Below, piece by piece: positions 1 to 14,427 of a stretch of 64,000 nucleotides of DNA; position 1 is the first letter of the stretch; each line of letters opens with the position of its first letter. The position numbers were made by a program, and so were the translations under genes. The notes under the pieces were generated by a model that saw nothing but the letters and a program-made list of their open reading frames with translations, was not told where the DNA came from and searched no databases. The stretch comes from Camelus ferus (Eukaryota), in assembly GCF_009834535.1 (NCBI RefSeq), contig NC_045696.1:65102001-65166000 (forward strand). Direction: 5' to 3'.

Positions 1-789
1 TTGTGACTGAATCACATAACATTCTTTATGCCTCAGAAAATGTGTTCCAAGCAGTTGTCACTCTAAAATGTAGAAACTTTTCAAGTTGTGGTTTCAAAGT
101 TTTCTATGTAAAAGAAATAATCTCAAATAATTGTATAGGTGTTTGTAGGTATCAAAGAGCTGGCACATACGTAATTTGATCTTTATAGCCTTATGAGTCT
201 GTAGTAAGCGTGGCATCAGTTTTACAGTAGAGGAATTTGAAGTTCAAAGAGGTTAACTGAGGTGCCAAAGGCTGGTGTGGCATTTGGAAAGTTATCAGTG
301 GATAATAATCCAGAAATTTAGAGAATCCAAATGGTTTTCCAGGAAATATTTATTGTGCATTTCTTCATGTGTTGTGGGCAATTCTTTTTTTCTATTCTCT
401 TTATTTTATGTTTTGATGTTATTGTAGGAAATTACAAATAGTTAGTTTTGAATTAGGCAGTTTCACAAGCACTATTTATAAATAAAACACGTAAACATGT
501 GTGTTACATAAGGGACTGTGATAAAAAGTGAGTAGAATGAATGAGTTGGAGAGAAGATGGAAAATATTTTTCTTGAATTAATTATGTGATCCAAAGCATT
601 ATATGTTCAACATGAACCAAATCTGTCTACAACCCATGAATGAATGTCACTGGTATAATATTTTCATTCATCATATGTTAGCTAATTGTGTGGGAAAAAC
701 TTGATTTTGAGAGGACTGATTTTGAGAAGTAGTATTTGTCATTTTACTAAATCTTTCACCACATTTTTTTGCTCTGCTAGTATGGGTTT

Positions 790-1495
790 TTTTATTGACC
801 AATAAAACACATAAAAAAGTATACAAACTGTCATAGAACTCAGTGAATTTTCATCAAGTGAACACACCTGTGTAGCCAGCACCCAGATCCAGAAGTAGAT
901 CATTGCCAGCACCCCGGATTCCTCCCCTTGCTTCATCTCAATCATTTCCCTCCCTAAACAAAGGTATCACTATCCTAAACTCTACCCCAATAGGTTAGTT
1001 TTACCGGCCTCTGAGCTTTATACAATTGAAATCATATAGTATGTAGCTGTCTTTTTTGTTTGGTTTATTTTGCTTCATATTATGTTGGTGAGAATCATCC
1101 ACATTGTTGCGTATAGTTGTAGTTTGTTAATTCCCACTGCTCTATAATATCTTATTAGCAGAATATATTACATACTCATTCTACTCTTGATGGCCCTGTG
1201 GGTTGTCTCCACTTGAGGGCTAATATGAATAGAGCTCCTATTACCATTCTTGTAATGGGGAGATTAGATAGATAAATAAGTTGATTGATAGAGAGGTTTC
1301 ATTTGGGTATAAATCCAGGAGTAGAATTGTTGAATCATGGGATATACTTATTCTTATCAATACTGCCAAACAGTTTTTCAAAGTGGTTTTACCAATCTAT
1401 TTACCATCATTTATGTATGAGAAGTCTGGTTGCTCCATATCCATTTCAACACTTGGCATCATCTATTATCTCATTTCAGCTATACTTGAATGTAA
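790..1495 (-). mobile_element. Old L1 3' region fragment
   Basis: Antisense L1 3'-end phrases (ttgggtataaatccaggagtagaattgttgaatcatggg; ccaaacagtttttcaaagtggtttt). Confidence 0.7.
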
Positions 1496-1507
1496 CCCAT
1501 GATGAAT

Positions 1508-2232
1508 TTTCCCAGCTTTATTGAAGTAGATTTGGCAATTAAAAATTATACATCTTGATGATTTAATATATGTATACATTGTGAAATACTCATTATAATC
1601 AAACTAATTAACATAGCTACCATTTTCTTTCATTTTCTCTCTTGTTTCTCTCTCTCTTTTTTTTTTTTTTTTTGTTATTATACTGTCTTATGATCCAGCA
1701 GTCCCAGTTGGGGATATATCCAAAGGAAATTAAATTAAGATCTTGAAGAAATATCCACACTCTCATATTTATTTCAGCACTGTTCACAGTAGCCAAGATA
1801 TGGAAACACCCTAAGTGCCTGTCAACAGATGATAAAGAAAAAAAATTTTATATATATGTATATGTGTGTGTGTATATATATACATACATACATATATATA
1901 TATATATATTTCAGCCTTAAAAAGAAGAAAATCTTGCCATTTGCTACAGCATGGCAGATATTAGGTTAAGTGAAATAAACAAGATGCAGAAAGATAAATG
2001 TGTTGAATTTAGATTGGAATCTAAAATAGTCAAACTTATAGAAGCAGAGTAGAATGATGGTTACCAGGGGCCAGAGGAGGGGGAAATCAGGGGTGTTGGT
2101 CAAGGAGGACAAAGTTAGTTGTGCAAAATGAAATAGTTCTGGAGAGCTAATGTGCAACAGTGTGACTGTAGTCAACAATATTATATTATATACTTGAAAT
2201 TTGCTAAAGGGCAGATCTTAAGTGTCTTCACA
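1508..2232. mobile_element. L1MA-type 3' end with internal inversion (1508-1673 minus; ~1680-2232 plus)
   Basis: The plus segment runs from tatgatccagcagtccca to gatcttaagtgtcttcac. The minus segment is the terminal part of the same element type, ending cttcaataaagctggg. Confidence 0.7.
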
Positions 2233-4493
2233 AAATTTTTTAATGCAAGAACTATTGTCTCCACTTTATGAATGATAAAACAAAGATTTATCAAAATTAA
2301 ATAGCACATCCAAGATCATACAACTGAAGAGACAGAGTCACTACTGTCACTCACTGCTGTCTTATCACTTGTTGTTGTCTTTGTTGTTTCCTTAAAACAT
2401 TTTTATCATTTACTTCAACCAGAATAAATTGAGTGCTAAACTTCCTAATAGATACTGATGAAGCAAGTGTCTAGGATGGGAGCAAGAAAAGCCATCATGA
2501 TACAAGGCAAAGTGCATTAAATACTAATTTTTTAGTAAACATTAGTATTTAAATACTATGAGAAGCTAAAAGAGGGCAAGTTCACAGTTATCTGCAGTAA
2601 CTGAGAAGAGCATTTGTCATGGCCTGTTAGAGAAGTAGAGAGGACAACTTGAATAAAGTACAATTTGAGGGTTAGGAAGTGTGGGCATGTCTAGGAATTA
2701 GTATGTGATGAAAACTCAGTGATAATCATGGCAAGAAATATAACATTTTATCCGTATAATTATCAAATTCCTTAAATCTCTGTCTCCTTGTTCCTCATGA
2801 TACTTACATCTAAAGGAGAATGTCATTCATATGGGGGTGGGGTGAGCCAAGACTGACACAGTCAGAGGCTGGCTCAGAAAGTAGCATCTCATACTGTGTG
2901 GTGGCAGAGCCTAAGACTGATGGGAGAAGCCAAAACCTGTGTAGGATCTCAGTGGTCTAAGTGCAGAGAGAAGAGCAGGAAGAGATACGGGAGACACATC
3001 AAGGCAGAACACGAAACTATGAAGCTGGGGATCAGAGAGAAGAATTCTAGAGAGAGTAGACTAGAATCAGACGGATGGGGAGAGACTGAAGGGAGTCACG
3101 AGTGGTGGCCTTGGGCTTAAGTGATGTTCCAGCATTCATTTGTCATCTGGAATGAAATGGGCGGGTGTCCTTAACTTTCCAAGACAAGGCTAGGATGAAT
3201 AGGTCTTTGGAATGTGAAGAATTGGTCATATAATGACCTGTACCATGCTAGAAGAACAACAAAAAGTTGTGCAAATGCTGCTTAAAAAGTGAGTGCTCAA
3301 AAATAATTTAAAAGCACTCTCAAAAGTCGTATTCATATTCTATTTAAATCAAGGTCAGTTTAAGTAGAATATATTAAAGATTTAGAAATATGTTAGAGTA
3401 ATAAATGTGAGAAATAAACCTAGCATTTCACATGTCTACCCACATGATGTGCATATGGGGATGTTTCTATTTCATCAACAAATGTTTCTGTAAGCTTTGC
3501 TAAGTACCTACTTTGACCTGAGCGCTCAGGATTACAGCAATAAACAAATACCATTTATGAGATGCAACACAACTGCTAGTTAGTTTTACAAAAGGGAAGA
3601 AATCCCTCCTTATACTAGCTACTTACTCTTTCTTCATTATACACCCTGATTGAGATAGTCTAGGATTTTGTCACCTTGGCTCAAAGCCTGCCCATCTCTA
3701 TTACACATTAGATTTATTGTCAATCTGAGCATACTTTTATAACCTCGGAACCTCTTCTGAATATAGGTGATTGCCCAGGTCTTTGCCAAAAGCTTTAGAT
3801 GATTTTTTAAAATATGTGAGTATCTATTATTTGTTTTGGCTATAGTGGAAGCAGTCTAGGATAGAGCTTAACTTGTGGTATAGGGTCCTGGACCCTGGGG
3901 TAGATGTCATCGTCTGTGACCAAAACACAGAATTCAATGTCTAGTTACATGGTTGATTTTATTTTTCTTGCTATAAGGGAAAAAAATGTAAGAATAATAG
4001 TGTGTTAGAATTTTTTGTAAAGATTCTCTAAGTTTACAATGTATGTCCATAGCCATCATCTTATATTCCTTAAAATAACTTAGTTTACAATTGAAAAATA
4101 GGAAAGTCAAAAAAGCTCAACCACTTACCTAAAGTCCCACAGCCAAAATGTATGGATCCAGAAGCAAACCCCAATTTTCCTACTCCAAGTATAAGACTTG
4201 ACTTCTCACTACACAAATAGAGTGATAACAGCAAATGTACTGTAAATACTTCAATGCCCAACTTTATATTGAAATTGAAATTGTGAAAATATGGTAAAGG
4301 TTGCACTTAGCATGAGTATCCACGCTGGCTCAGTGTTCTTAGGGTTTTCCTCACCATTTCTGGGAGGTTGCCTGTGCCCCGTAGAAGTGCCTACACTAAG
4401 CTCTTGCCGTTTTTCCCTCCTGAAATGTTTTTCCCTTGGTCAGGTGTTACCAGTTGCCTCATTTCTGAATTCAGATCCTGCATAACCCCTTTA

Positions 4494-4687
4494 TTTTTAT
4501 TTTTTTATTTTTAAATGCCTTTGGCTTAAAAATTTTTTTAATTTTTAAATTTAAAAGTTTTCAAAATTTATTTTGGTGGGGGAGGTAGTTAGGCTTGTTT
4601 ATTTATTTGTAATGGTGGTACTGGGGACTGAACCCAGGAATTCATGGATGGTTAGCATGCACTCCACCACTGAGCTACACCCTCCCC
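4494..4687 (-). mobile_element. tRNA-derived SINE (camelid vic-1-like)
   Basis: The reverse complement begins ggggagggtgtagctcagtggtggagtgcatgctaacc...gggttcagtccccagtacc (A and B boxes) and has an AT-rich tail. The TSD tgcata(a/g)ccccttta is at 4479-4493 and 4691-4705. Confidence 0.85.
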
Positions 4688-5244
4688 GCTTGCATAGCCC
4701 CTTTAAAATATTAAATGGAATACTCCATGTGACTTTTTATATCTGATTATGACCTGGATGCTGCATCTGGGATCCCCATTTACCGACTGAGAAGTTCAAG
4801 GCTCCGTCCGTACCTAATGCTGTTCCTGGCGCCTGCCCCCAGGACTACAGTCCCTGCCCAATATTCTGGACCTTTGTTGTTCTAGAGCAGACTTTAAACA
4901 GTCTTGAAACTAAACAGAAACCTAGGATTTCACCAATTTATTAAATAAAAGTAATTATACCTGGTAGATGTGGTTTTTATGATGGTTTACCTCCAATCAA
5001 CAGCGTGGTATCGAAAATAGGCTTGGTTCAACTGTAAGAAAGCATCGTGTGACATGGGAAAAGGTACTGAACCAGCAGCCTGGGGCCGGGGTTCTAGCCC
5101 AGGGTCCGGGTCTCCTCTAACACCCTATGACTCACAAGACAGTTATTTCACTATCATGGGCTTCAGTTACTTTTTAAAATAAAGGCAGCAAACTGAACTG
5201 TCACTAAGCAGCTTTTTATCTATCTCCAAATTTTCATATTTCTG

Positions 5245-5640
5245 TGAAATAATGTTTTTGAGGTTCATCTGTGTTGTCACATGAGTCAGCACGCCATCCT
5301 TTCTTATGGCTAAGTAACATTCCTCTGTATGGCTGTGTCACATTTTTGTTCATCCATTCTTCCATTGACAGATGTCAGAATAACACTGCTCTGAGTGTTT
5401 GTGCACAAGTTTATGTGTGGACATGTGTTTTCACTCTCATAGGTGTATATCTAGAAGTAGAATCGCTGGACCGTATGGTAACTGTACGTTTAACCCTTTG
5501 TGGAACTGCCAAACTATTTCCCACAGCTGCTGCATCATTTACATTTTCACCAGCAAGATATGAGGGTTTAAAGAAACTACTTACTATTATCCATCCTTTT
5601 TGGTATGGCCATCGTAGCAGATGTGAAATGTTACTGCAAA
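5245..5640 (-). mobile_element. Old L1 3' fragment
   Basis: Antisense L1 phrases such as ttttgaggttcatc and ctagaagtagaatcgctggaccgtatggtaac. Confidence 0.65.
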
Positions 5641-6963
5641 GTCATTTGTTTCTTTGATTCCTAAGGCCACTAAGTTTACTTAAACTGAGAGTACTCTGTG
5701 ACATCATACTTTTATTATCAAAATTATTATTATTATTGAAATACCATCACTACTATTATTATTTTAATGTCTACAACCACCTTTCCATTTCCTTTCCTTT
5801 CCCATTTTTTAAGCCTCTTTTTTTTTTTTTTTTTTTTTGCCTATAATTTTTGAGCCATTTAAAATCAACGGAGTCCTTCCAGTAGTGCCTTGTATCCTTG
5901 AAGCCCTTCATCAGTTCCTGCAGATGCATCCCTGTAGCTCTCTGCAAGTGAAGCCAAGGGATTAGTTTGGAAGAATCACCTCCAAGGACATGGTTTCAAC
6001 AGCTTTAGTTCCATGTAACTTAATCCCAGGTGTAACTGCATTAAATCGCTGGGGCCTTTCATTGAAAGGGTTACAAGGAAGAGATTCTCCCATTACGTGG
6101 TGAAGATGACTGTGACTCTCATGAATATGTTTGACGTGTAGGATTCTTACTTGTAGCTGAAGAAGATGCTGTCACATTTGCTTTTCTTCTGCTCCTCTTG
6201 GAATGGGAGGAATTTCTTCTTTCCATGAAATACATTTTGTTCATTTGACATGTTAGGATTTGATTTGATTGTGTTGATTATAAAATCTTATTGTAAGTCA
6301 CTAAACAAGACTCAGGCAGAAGAGGTGAACTTGAGGCAGTGATTGTGAAACAATAAATGTGAGTTCTGGCATTGACGCTGTAATTTGGTGGTTGTTTAAC
6401 TTATAATCATCTCACCATTTGGTTGTCTCACTTATCAAATGATGGAGGCGAGGTAGAGGATTTTTGAGGTTCTTTCTTGAACTAAAACTCTCATGCTGTG
6501 TTTCATTGGAGATCATACAATGTAATGGTAATATTCTTTTTTCTACTATCCTTTTACCGGGTATTTTTGCCTGAAATTTTCGTTACTAATTAAAAAAAGA
6601 TTTCAGAGAAATTAACAGGGAAAGTTACTAACATTAAGCAAAATAGTATATTGGTGATTGCATAGAACAAGCTTTGGCTGCTTAATAGATTTGTGAGCAT
6701 AGAGGGTAGCCCCTTCAAAAGCATCTGCTGAGCCTGTGTGTGCTGCACTGTGTTATATTTTGATTCCCAGGGGTACATTTTGTATGCTACGGCCCACTAA
6801 AATGCACAATGGCCGTTCTCTTAAATCTTATAAAGCATTATACTGAGATCAGAGTTTGGACCTGGGCACAGTCTCGAATGATATTAGCCCAAGGTGTGAT
6901 TCAACCCTGAGCAGTTGGTTCTGTGGAGTAAAGTTTGTTTAGAAAGGAAATCTTGTTTCTTGA

Positions 6964-7365
<402 letters not shown>

Positions 7366-8859
7366 TGATGCCAGTTCTGTCCCTTGTCCTGTCACTCAAC
7401 AGAGATTGTAATGCAACAGATGAGAACAAAGAGTCAGAAAACACAGTAGTACTTCTTCCTCTCAAAACAAAAAACAAAAAACCAAAAACCTATATTACGG
7501 ATACTTGGCACTTAGAAAACAACTGATTGAATATACAGGCTAGAGAACTTGTCAAAGCAGAAAAATAGTGATATTGACCATTTGGAATGAATTTCCTTCT
7601 TTATTGAACACAATAATTTAATTTCTCAGGCTACCCTCTTGAAAAACCAATAATACTATTACAGGGCTTTTAAAATTTTCACAAGGCTTTCAGAAATGTT
7701 TATAGTCTAATTGCTACATCTTTATGAATAAATCTGAGAACATAATGAACAAAATAATACATTAATTTTTCTTTGTAGTTTTAAGGAAAGAAAATAATAT
7801 TCTATTTACTGTGATCAATAAATGTTACCATATTAAATTTTATCCTTCTCAACTGAGCCTATAACTTGCCCTCCCTTGGTCACTTAATGTAGTGGCCACT
7901 TATTTAAAATTGATCAGTGGGATAAATAATTTTATGCTGAGGAAACCCATTTTTTTGGCAACTGGTTTTCTAAGTCAGATGAGAATATATCTTTTGGATG
8001 ATCACATTTACTGTATTCAGTCAAGATTTTTAAAACAGGCTAAGAAGGCAGCAGTGGTCTAAACATTAACCAACATAACGCTCTTCTCTGAAAGTCACAT
8101 AAACCATTAGATCAGCTTCCTTGTGGAAAAAATGGGAAAACTGAGACAGCGCATGGCTATTCTGTGACTTAGCCAGTGGATATAAAGATGGAGAAGGACT
8201 ATATGCTCCAGAAAACTTTATAATATTCTTGGAGATATGAAATATGTTTACTAATGACAATAGTGTGACGTAAAAAGTGATGTATTACGTGTTGCCAGAA
8301 ATGAGACTGGGATTTAGGGAAGGAGCTATCACTTCCATCAGAAGGAAGATATTGGAAGGTTGACATTTAAACCTACCTTCAGAGCTAGTCAGGTTCAGAA
8401 CATGTGAAGTGAGAGATGGGGTTTAGGTAGACGCAGACACTCTGGGTGCAGGATGAGTCAGCTACTAAAACTACTGCATCATTTTTATTTGTGCATTTAA
8501 GTGGACTTCTTGTACGTGCTCATTAACAATTTTTAGAAAATTCAGGAAAGTATACAGGAAAAGTAAGAAGTCCACGTGTTTTATTTTATTTATAAAATAA
8601 AATGTTCCTTTTATGAATAATACATTTCATACTGAATCCCACCCCGCCCCCCAAAGAAAAAGAAACACCTTTAACCTACCCTCCTAATCATGACTTCTGT
8701 CACACTTCAGCTAGCCAAACGTTTTGGGTCTGTGTGATCATGTATGCATTTCCAAGAGAAATGTATACAATTACCATGGTCCTAGTTTGAGAGCTGCCTT
8801 AATTCTACGTATTTGCTGCATTTCAGTCCAAATGTGGGAAAAGACAACTAGACATTCCA

Positions 8860-9390
8860 ACTGTATATGGTAGAATTCAGTTTGGTTGCATACAACACAA
8901 AGCCCATGGAAGAACAGCTTAATCATACAAAGTTTTATTGTCTCACAAACCAAATCAAGAAACCCACTGTCCAGGGCTGATTCCATGGCTTCCCAGTTGT
9001 GAGGGACCTCGGCTCTGTCCAGCTTTGAGTGCCACTCTCCCCAGTGTGTTGTACCACTGTGCCCGACACTGTGCCCAGCACAGCCACAGACAGTGGCCCT
9101 GGATCTGCCCTTATCCCCATGATCCAACAGGCATCCCCATCCCAGAGAGCAGAAGAAGGGGTGAAAAAGATGGAGGCAAAAGCTTTGTGCCAGTATTCTC
9201 TTCAAGATGATCCCTGTTCTCCATATGATGTTTACATCCCACTGACCACAACTCAGGCACGTGGTCACACTTAGGTGCAGGGAAGATTAAGACTGTAGTC
9301 TTCCTCCTAGAGGGCCACACCACAGGTAAGTGTCTAGTCATTTGGGGAGAATGGCAGGTTGGGGTTGGGACAGCTAAGAGCCCCTGCTTT
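8860..9390 (-). mobile_element. Ancient MaLR (MLT1-like) LTR
   Basis: Degenerate MLT1-type phrases (ttcagtttggttgcatacaaca...ggcttaa; gtggtcacacttaggtgcaggga). Confidence 0.5.
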
Positions 9391-9749
9391 ACCCTGCCAT
9401 CATCTTTACTTTAGAAGAGCTCTGATTTCCTAATTTTCTTATAGAAAGCTTTTGGTTGATTGTTTTGTTTTCATTTTACTTATTTACTGATGCTTTAGAA
9501 TGATTCTACTTTTGTTCTGGGGGGAAAAATAGTCCGTTCTAAATCAGGTTCACTAATACTTGGATTTACTTCCAAGGCTCGTTGTCTCTTTAGATTGTGG
9601 GAATGAAAGCTTAGGTGTGGAGTTTATAAAATGTGATGAGAAGCACTCCCGAAGATGAAAACAAGAACTTAATTCATTTCAGACCAAAGGCCTTTTAATT
9701 CCCTAGGAATGTCTTTGTGTCTTAGAGAGCAAAGTTAACTTTTCTGAGC

Positions 9750-9995
9750 AATGTTCGCTAACAGCTTTGTAAGTGCTCACTTTGTACAGGTGTTGTGCTA
9801 AGCACGTATCATTTATTGCCCCTTTTATTTTTCAGTCCATTTCTATGAAGTAGATTCTGGTATGATCCCCATTTTACAAATGGAGAAAGTAAAACACAGA
9901 GACATTAAGTAAGTTGTCTCAAATCAAGCAGCTTGTAGTGGCAGAGTGAGAATTCAAGCAGTGACCTTCGGACTTGAGGGATCAAGTGTTTAATC
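9750..9995 (-). mobile_element. MIR SINE
   Basis: MIR core: ccccattttacaaatggagaaagtaaaacacagagacattaagtaagttg. Confidence 0.7.
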
Positions 9996-12900
9996 TCCAG
10001 GAAGACTCCTGAGGTGGTCTGAGGTCTGAGATGTAACTTCAGGGTAGCCTAATAGGACCCTAGTTGATGCTCCTGTCTTCTCTCCTTTTTTAATCCAGAA
10101 TGTACTTGCGCCTTAGAAGAAAAAGTCCTTTCCGGTTCGTGGAGATCTTCAGTTCTCATACTGTAACTGATTTGACATTGATCCGTTCTCTTATATCTCA
10201 TCTGTATTTTGATATCAATATCCTAATATTATAATACGAAAAATATAAGCAATTAAATAGTGATTCTCCATGCAGTTATATTGCTGTCAGTTATTTTAGT
10301 TTTTAAAGGAATTTTTGTAAACCTGTAAGCCCACCTCTGTTACTGTTACCACCAGAGCCCAGTGCTGCAGACAGTACATGTCCCCCCTCCCTGGTGGCAC
10401 TGGCCCCTTATGGAGGAAAAGTCAGAGAAGGGAAGGCTTGTTTTGTTTTTGTTTTTCAAGTAGCTTTGCCTTTTCCCCAGTCCTGATGGTGGCATCATTT
10501 TGAATGTCAGGATGCCCCAAATTAAGCTGTGTCAGTGCGAGGATCTTTAAGTCCTGCACTGGTTCCATGGTAATAACCCACCAGCCCCCTTTCCGACACA
10601 TTTCACCCTCCCTCCCGTGTTTAGAACATAGGTGGGGTTAATAAGGGGTTGCAAGGGCATCTATTCAGACAGATGGATGGACTTGATATTTAAACCCATT
10701 ACCACGTACATCGCACATCAGCCTTTACTCACCCTCCCCTGGAATTGAAGACAACAGCAGTCTTCACTGCTCCCAATTTTACCCTTTCAGAGCATTGTTC
10801 ACACCACAGATAAGCAACTCCCCCTGATTTAAATTGTCTTGATGGGGACCTCCCCCTCTGTCTCCCCAGGCAGCAGCCACATACTTTTTGACAAAGAACA
10901 GGAGTCTCCTCCTTTTCTCCTCCCTCATTGTTCAAGGAGCTCATTGCTTAGCTCCTGCAGGTGGCTGGATATTCAGAATCTAGTTCCATCCCCTCTAAAA
11001 AGAATGTGCTCATTCCCCAAAATTTAAGTTTCAATAACTTAATCCTGGAGAGAGAAATGTATTTTGTCAAGGAAAATTAGGAAATAGCAATTGAGAGCCA
11101 TTGCTACCGAAATCTTAAACTTGGACTAAAGGACCATTTACCAGTTTCTACCAGTTTACTTTCTAGTAGGGAGACGAGACTAACACGCACATGCACGTGC
11201 ACTCCCTCACACACCTGTAGGGCAGTTACAGATTATCCACTCGTCTGTGAGGACTGTTGCTTCAACTTAGTAGAACCTGACTGAAGTCCCAGTAGTATAA
11301 TGTAGATCATTGTTTCCCGAACATCAGTATCAGAACCATCTTGAGTTGTCTTAAAAGCTACCAATTCTCAGATCAAATCTCCAAAGTATTCTGATTTTAT
11401 TGTCCAAGTGATTTTTGATGACAGCCGGGTTTGAGACTCAGTGTTCTAGACTGAATTTGGTGTTTCTTGATTTATTTTGATCAAATCTGTCCATAGGCAG
11501 TTACTTAAATTTATTCAAATTATTGTGATCCATATTTTGGACTAAACCTAATCTAATATAGAGGAAATTGTCACTCTGGCACCGTGGAATTAAATATATT
11601 AAACATGTTACATTTTTTACCTTTTTCCTACTATTGTTGGGATGGTTGTACTTCAGTGCTGGGTTAAATTCCTATATGGAGTTAGTAGAGGTAATACCAA
11701 CTTTGGACCTAATTGATCACTAATAAAAACAAAAAACAAACAAAAAAATTGATCACTAATAAAGAGTAACCTGACAGAAATCAATTAGTCAAAGACAATC
11801 AAATGTCTAATTCTTCTGGTAAAATTTCTTTTCAGTGAGTTGCTAAGTAATTTTGAGAAAATAGTTTATTTCTTCAATCTAAGTGATCTCTGGAAATGCA
11901 GTTGCTTATAAATTCCATCTATTTCACAGGAATAATATGAAGATTAGACATTGTAAGGAAGTTGGATTTCTCAAATCTGTCAGTCAATGCAAGGTGCCTT
12001 TTTCATTTTCCCTTGGATATTTGACATTGTGTTATTGTGTTACGTCCTGGAGAAAGGCTATGAGGTGTGGTATTGAATAAGGCATTAGAGACAATGAATA
12101 TTGAATTTGGAAGGAAAATAATAATCTCTTCAAAAACTATGTAATGAGACACCAAAGAAGTGAACAAATCAGGGGTCCTGATTTTGTAAAGCTCCTGTTG
12201 GGAGGATACTATGGCAAATTATTTTGATTTTTTATTTCGATTAACCGAAATGAGAACTAGATGGTTTGTTTTCCAGCATCCTCTTTTGGACCCAACCACA
12301 CTAAAAGACAAAAACAGAAAGATCGGGGGGAAAGGTACCTTTGCTGTCCCTCATTGTCTTCATTATAGAAAAGATAATAGTAACTCTCTCTCTCTCTCTC
12401 TCTCTCCATCTTTTGAGTTTGGGATCTCCACCAGCCTGTGACACCTTCTTTTCCTCAAACCAGTGTAACTCATTTAAGGTAGCTTTTTCCTGGCTTTGAA
12501 TTTAGTCTTTAATAAATCCCCCCTACCTTCCCCTGACACATTGTCCTTCCATGTCTGTCTCTCTCTTGCACACAAATACTGCTTCTGATCTCTCTCTAAA
12601 TGAAGATACAGATCTTTTTGCTCACAATGTCCCTTAACTCTTTTAATATTTACAGCATACTGGGTGCATTCTTTTGGCAATACATTGCTTCTGAACCAGC
12701 ACTTAATGTTCTCCTGCAGTTCTAAAGAGATTCCATGTGACATTAATTAAGGTGTGAAATTGCTTCCTGTTAATTGCCCACACCCTTCTATGATCTGCTA
12801 TTAAGACAATTAAATTTCTTTAACGGTACATTAACTAGCAGAGCTATCTAACCCTTCCTCTTCTTGGGAATTACAGAAGGCCAAGGAAAATTTGATTAAA

Positions 12901-13179
12901 TTGGTAATAATAAAAAAGATTAGTCATATTTTATTCTTCTTGGGCGGAAACTGATATAGGATGGGAGTTCTTTATAACATGTCAGTTATGAACTTTATCA
13001 GAAACTGGAGTTATCTTGCCTCCATTTGGAAACTATCTGTCAGCCCTCCTCTCAAGTTTCCCAATTCTCCATTCCAGAATAATGTTGACACTCAAAGCTT
13101 TACGCTTAGGTCCTTCACAGCTATCAAGACTTCCCATTTTTTAATGATTTATAAGAATCCAGCAGTGGTATAAAAATAA

Positions 13180-13400
13180 TAATTAGTAGCAGTTGTACTA
13201 CTTGACATTTGCATGATATGTTATTATTTTCAACATTCCTCCCTAACAGGAGTATCACTTGATAGTCAGCTGACACTTTGGGAGAATACAGATTAAGGTT
13301 ATCATTTCAGTTTTAAATATGAAGAAACTGAGTTTAAGAGAGGTGATGTAACTCACTCAGGTCCATACAGCTAGAAAGACGCAAAACTAAGACCAGAGTT
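13180..13400 (-). mobile_element. MIR SINE
   Basis: MIR core: tatgaagaaactgagtttaagagaggtgatgtaactcactcaggtccatacagctag. Confidence 0.65.
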
Positions 13401-13404
13401 ATCT

Positions 13405-13990
13405 TTATCGAAAATGCTGGTAGAGCGTCCAATGAGTTGCTGAATGAGGCTCGACTATTAGGGTTGGAACGTACATTCAATAGTGACTTGACAGGAGTGA
13501 TTTCAGTGGAGTAGTGGGAGTAAGACTAACTGGAGTGGATCCAAATTACAACAGGAGATAAAGAAAAGAAGAAAATAACATTAAATGACCCTTCTGAGGA
13601 GTCCCGTTACAAAAGGAAAGTAGAGAAATGGGGAGCAAGTTGGAGAGAAACATGGCAGTTGCACGGTGGGGCTGGTTTGTTTAAAGCTACTACAGCATGT
13701 TTCTAGACTGATGGGGAAAAAGTGAAGATTGGCATTATAGCAGAGAGGGTCCCTGAGTAACACTGACTACAGGGGATGGGATCAAATACACAGGTGGCAA
13801 GTGGAGGGTGAGGTTTAGATGGGGACAGGAAGAGGTCAAGTATTGTAACAAGCAGGGAGCCAGAACACGTGCGAGCAGATGTGGGCAGGTTGTAACTTTT
13901 GTGGTGGAAATGTGAAGACCTTGTCTTCTGCATCTCTTTTCTAAGTGAAATACAAAGGTGGAAGCTTATTGACAAAAAGGAAGGATGGGC
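13405..13990 (-). mobile_element. L2 fragment
   Basis: Degenerate purine-rich L2-like sequence (gtgacttgacaggagtgatttcagtggagtagtggg). Confidence 0.45.
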
Positions 13991-14427
13991 AGGAAGGATA
14001 AAAGGGGAGGGAGAAAAAGAAAAGAAGGAAAGAAGGCAAGCCTGTTACCCAAGTCTGAGGAGGGTCTGAGGCCGTTTTCAAAGTGTGAGGAGGAAAGAGG
14101 TACCGAATAGTCACTTGGGAAGAATGGGAGAGGGAAGTGGCTAGAGGAATGAAGTAGGATTCCAGAAAGTGTTGAGTGCCCCCAGGAGGTTTGGGGGTCA
14201 AGATTTTGACTGAGACCAGGCAATGAAGTTTTGTTTTTCTCCAGACACATTAAACCATTAAACAGGAACCCTGGAGCTAATGACACCTGAATTTGAATGC
14301 TGATTCTACCCTGTGTCAGTGCACTACTTTGAACAAACTATCCTTTTTGTTCTTCAGTTTCCTTACTTGCCAGAGGGATCAATAAAAGTATCTACCTTTT
14401 AGGGTCATTTAAAATAATCTTAATATG

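Noticed and set aside
8771..9341. Overlapping ORFs up to 165 aa
   Set aside because: They fall in a degenerate MaLR-like LTR and have no recognisable domain or exon structure.
10383..10400. CTCF-like motif (reverse complement gccaccagggagggg)
   Set aside because: Only a partial match to the consensus, and it cannot be supported without ChIP or conservation data.
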